This document shows, piece by piece, positions 53,947-56,882 of a stretch of 56,882 nt of DNA; position 1 is the first letter of the stretch, and the number at the start of each line of letters is the position of its first letter. The position numbers and the translations under genes are program-made. The notes under the pieces were generated by a model. The model saw nothing but the letters and a program-made list of their open reading frames with translations, made no database searches and was not told where the DNA came from. This DNA is from Alphaproteobacteria bacterium (GTDB taxonomy: Bacteria; Pseudomonadota; Alphaproteobacteria; Bin95): contig JAPORR010000084.1 in NCBI GenBank assembly GCA_026710105.1, positions 1 to 56,882 on the forward strand. The letters are read 5' to 3'.

Positions 53947-56265
53947 ATGAAGGAATTCAAGGATGGGCCACTTGCAGACGAGATGATGGGCGAAGCTTGG
54001 CCAGCAGTACAGCCAGGCGCGGACCCAGTGCTCTACGGTTATGCTGAGCTTCGCCCGAGTGATCCCGTCGAGGTACGCAGCCTGCAGACCTTCGAACTGG
54101 TCTATATCGTCGGGCGCTACGGTCTGGACGATACTGGCAGCATCCGGGTCTCGTTCCGTTCGCTCGGCGACTGGGGTGGATTGCAGATGCATGACCCGGC
54201 CGGTGACAATTATGTCACTGCCCGCTCCAGCAAGGGTGTGCCAATCCGTCTTTCCTATGTTTCGCACGGCACCCCGCGGCCTCGATGGAAGGCGCTGACG
54301 GCGCATGTCATGGGTGGCTATCTCCGCGAGGGGGACACCATCCATATCACCTTTGGCGACACCTCCGGTGGTTCCGCCGGCATGCGGATGCAGACGATGG
54401 TGGAAATGGATTTTCAATTTCGTGTCCTCGCGGATGTCTGCGCCGTTGGACATCATGTGCCGATCCCGAATTCGCCGGCGATATCGATCGTACCGGGACC
54501 GCCGACCTGCTGGCGCGCCGTGCTGCCGTCGCTCCGCCGCCCCGGTGAACGGTTCCAGTTCGGACTCAAGGCGGAAGATGTCTGGGGCAATCCAACGGAC
54601 CGGGCAAGTTCCCACTTCACGTTGGAATGCACTATGCCAGTGTCCGGCCTGCCGGCCGAGATCGACTATCCGCTCGGGCGTAAGTCGCTCTGCTTCGAGG
54701 GTCTCGCCGTTCACGAGCCAGGTTTATTGCGCATCTCTGTGCGAGGCCAAGACGGAAAGATTGCAGCGGAATCGCATCCTCTGATTGTGCGGGATGGGCC
54801 GTTTGGAGGCTATTGGGGCGATCTACATGGCCAGAGCGGCGAGAGCATCGGCATCACCACGGCGAGGCAGTATTTCGACTTTGCCCGCAATAAGTCTTTC
54901 CTCGACGCGACTGCCCACCAGGCTAATGATTTCCAAGTCAATAATGTCTTCTGGGAACACATCAACGAATTGACGGCAGAACACCATGAGGATGGCCGGT
55001 TCGTCACTTTCCCGGGCTACGAATGGTCGGGTAACACGGCTGTCGGCGGCGACCGCAATGTCTATTTCCGCAATGAAGGACGGGCAATTCACCGTTCGTC
55101 GCATGCCTTGCTGACCGACCGCTCGGACCTCGACACGGACGCGCCCAACGCCAAGCGGCTGTTCGAGATGATGGCCGAAGAGGACTGCTTCATCTATGCG
55201 CATGTTGGCGGCCGCTATGCTGACATCACCTATGCGCACGATCCCCGAAACGAGGTCGCGATGGAAATTCACTCGGCCTGGGGCACGTTCGAATGGCTCC
55301 TGACCGACGGATTTCCCCTCGGGTATCGTTCGGGCGTGGTCTGCAACAGCGACGGCCACAAGGGTCGCCCTGGCGCTAGCTATCCAGGCGCCTCGACCTT
55401 CGGCGCCTATGGCGGGCTCACTTGCTTCTACGCGAAGGAACTCAGCCGAGACAGCATCATGGATGCAGTGCGCCGCCGCCATACCTACGGCACGACGGGC
55501 ACCCGGATGCATCTGGATGTCCGCGCTCGGTTCGCGACTGGCGGCAACCTGTTCGAGCGCGATCCACACGCCTTCGAGGGCGAGACACCGCAGTTGGTCG
55601 GCGAGGTCATGATGGGCGATATCGCGCAAACGGACGATGCGGCGGTCACGCTTTCGCTCGAAGTCTTTACCCATATGCCCATCGAAAGGATCGAAATTCG
55701 CAATGGTGTCAGGGTCTTCCAAACCCTTCGTCCGCATGGTGGCGAACCACTTGGTTCCCGCATCCGCGTGTTGTGGAGCGGCGCCGAATATCGCGGACGT
55801 GGACGCGAGACCAATTGGAAGGGACGGGCGCGCTTCCGGAATTCTTCAATCCTACGCATGGAGCCCATCAATGCTTGGAACAAGGAGCGCCTGCTCGAAC
55901 AGCGGGGGCCGGACACTATCCTGTTCGACGCCATTACTACAGGCAATTTCGGCGGCTTCGATGTGTGGCTGGACGAGATGGCGGATAGCATGGTCCACCT
56001 GACAAGCAATCTGGGAGGGCTTGACTATCCGCTTTCCGGGATCGGCCTCGAGGATCAGGTCATGGAAGCAGGTGGCCTTGAGCGACGGATCAAGATCTTC
56101 CGCCTGCCGGAGAAATTGACCTGTCGAGAGTTCACGACAGAAGTGGAAGTACCACTTTCAACGAAAGGCGATAATCCCATATGGATATCAGTATTCACCG
56201 AAGACGGCTTCCAAGCTTGGAGCAGCCCAATGTTCCTCTACCGCGAGGATGACCGCGCGCGCTGA
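53947..56265 (+). CDS. large DUF3604-like (PHP-fold metallohydrolase-like) protein with an extra N-terminal domain
   Basis: 'YWGDLHGQSGES', 'FPGYEWSGN', 'HSAWGTFEW' and 'CNSDGHKGRPG' resemble the DUF3604 motif series. Start at ATG 53947 (GGGAG Shine-Dalgarno). 772 aa. Confidence 0.78.
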   Translation: MKEFKDGPLADEMMGEAWPAVQPGADPVLYGYAELRPSDPVEVRSLQTFELVYIVGRYGLDDTGSIRVSFRSLGDWGGLQMHDPAGDNYVTARSSKGVPIRLSYVSHGTPRPRWKALTAHVMGGYLREGDTIHITFGDTSGGSAGMRMQTMVEMDFQFRVLADVCAVGHHVPIPNSPAISIVPGPPTCWRAVLPSLRRPGERFQFGLKAEDVWGNPTDRASSHFTLECTMPVSGLPAEIDYPLGRKSLCFEGLAVHEPGLLRISVRGQDGKIAAESHPLIVRDGPFGGYWGDLHGQSGESIGITTARQYFDFARNKSFLDATAHQANDFQVNNVFWEHINELTAEHHEDGRFVTFPGYEWSGNTAVGGDRNVYFRNEGRAIHRSSHALLTDRSDLDTDAPNAKRLFEMMAEEDCFIYAHVGGRYADITYAHDPRNEVAMEIHSAWGTFEWLLTDGFPLGYRSGVVCNSDGHKGRPGASYPGASTFGAYGGLTCFYAKELSRDSIMDAVRRRHTYGTTGTRMHLDVRARFATGGNLFERDPHAFEGETPQLVGEVMMGDIAQTDDAAVTLSLEVFTHMPIERIEIRNGVRVFQTLRPHGGEPLGSRIRVLWSGAEYRGRGRETNWKGRARFRNSSILRMEPINAWNKERLLEQRGPDTILFDAITTGNFGGFDVWLDEMADSMVHLTSNLGGLDYPLSGIGLEDQVMEAGGLERRIKIFRLPEKLTCREFTTEVEVPLSTKGDNPIWISVFTEDGFQAWSSPMFLYREDDRAR

Positions 56266-56594
56266 TTAAAAGGGGTTGGAGGTACGCTGCAAACGAAACG
56301 CATGATCAGAGATCGTTTGAGATAGCGATGGACGGGCTGGCGATTGGCGGTTCTCTGCGACCACTGGCGCCGGGCGCCCCTCAAGGCTGCTACGGATTGA
56401 CAGGAAGGAGAGGGGCAAGCGGCATCAGAGGGTTTGATCGACTCTGCGCTATGAAGACAGTTCAAGGAAACCTGCTAACTTATTGATAAATAAGGAGTCA
56501 AGGAGGAATTCATACAACCAGAATTCCATGATTGACAATTGCGATCACTAGAACTCGGCGCGGTCAACAGGCAGGAATAACCCCTTGATTTTAT

Positions 56595-56670
56595 TGGAGG
56601 GCGCACGGGGACTCGAACCCCGGACATGCTGATTAAGAGTCAGCTGCTCTACCAACTGAGCTATGCGCCC
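56595..56670 (-). tRNA. tRNA-Lys (anticodon CUU)
   Basis: The reverse complement folds as GGGCGCA-TA-GCTC-AGTTGGTA-GAGC-A-GCTGA-CTCTTAA-TCAGC-ATGTC-CGGGG-TTCGAGT-CCCCG-TGCGCCC-T-CCA. Confidence 0.95.
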
Positions 56671-56882
56671 CACTAGGGTACGACATGTATCCTGTTCCTC
56701 GTGGCTTGTCGAGGACCGGTTGTGGAAACCGTTATCGACCAGACTTGATACTACTTGTCGTCGGCAATTTGTCCTGCATGCAGGGAAGACCAAGGAGCCA
56801 ATGTTCGAGTTTTTGGAACTCGTATGCCGGGTGCAAGTCTGGCATGGCGCTGACATGGCGCTGGTAAGCGGTTGATTTATTG

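Noticed and set aside
53884-55737. Two minus-strand ORFs of 276 and 304 aa
   Set aside because: They are antisense to the DUF3604-like gene, whose frame carries the conserved motif series.
56548-56856. 102-aa minus-strand ORF
   Set aside because: It runs straight through tRNA-Lys; the tRNA fold is unambiguous.
56801-56875. 25-codon ORF preceded by AAGGAG near the window end
   Set aside because: It is too short to judge, lies at the window edge, and has no recognisable features.
1-56882. CRISPR arrays, rRNA operons, tandem repeats, intact prophage or IS elements
   Set aside because: Reading through the sequence, I found no regularly spaced direct repeats, rRNA-like stretches, integrase or intact transposase genes. 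The only repeated His codons are the His-rich tract of the COG0523 protein.

Overview
This is a high-GC, gene-dense chromosomal segment that looks alphaproteobacterial (Rhizobiales-like), judging from a Cys-less L31, ArgJ, type-II ThrB, IspH and the trehalose genes. Most of it is recognisable housekeeping or metabolic content. That includes a co-directional rpmE-otsB-GH15-otsA-glk string, a BacNav-type voltage-gated Na+ channel, ppiC-like/argJ/mutT, ribF, apaG, trkH, and a long minus-strand run (indolepyruvate:ferredoxin oxidoreductase-SDR-aroQ-accB-accC-aat). It also includes marR-hlyD, a stand-alone radical-SAM gene, Prx5, rnhA-thrB-ispH, polA, tRNA-Arg(CCG), a three-subunit HcnCAB/opine-dehydrogenase-like flavoenzyme cluster with an enoyl-CoA hydratase and an MFS transporter, and anmK/tyrS. 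The rest is an SDR/SCP-x thiolase/DUF35 trio, an enolase-superfamily/COG0523/RAM-domain trio, a DEAD-box helicase, a large DUF3604-like protein and tRNA-Lys(CUU). I saw no rRNA genes, CRISPR arrays or intact mobile elements. There are two degraded transposase relics (IS630-like and IS1380-like).

The stretch I cannot explain with known families is a ~3.3-kb block at 15.0-18.3 kb. It holds five same-strand orphan ORFs:
- a small GIY-YIG-like protein;
- an AT-rich helical protein with basic tails;
- a GTG-start protein with a Cys/Asn-rich tail;
- a signal-peptide protein with 8 Cys and 7 Trp;
- an ORF whose coding frame visibly switches.

I rank this block as the best candidate for an undescribed system. 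Other oddities are an in-frame MntR-oligopeptidase B fusion, a second frame-switching small gene upstream of rpmE, a two-copy 35-nt dispersed repeat, an orphan marR-hlyD pair without a pump, and a polA TTG start overlapping the upstream stop. All family calls come from reading motifs in the supplied translations; no database search was possible.
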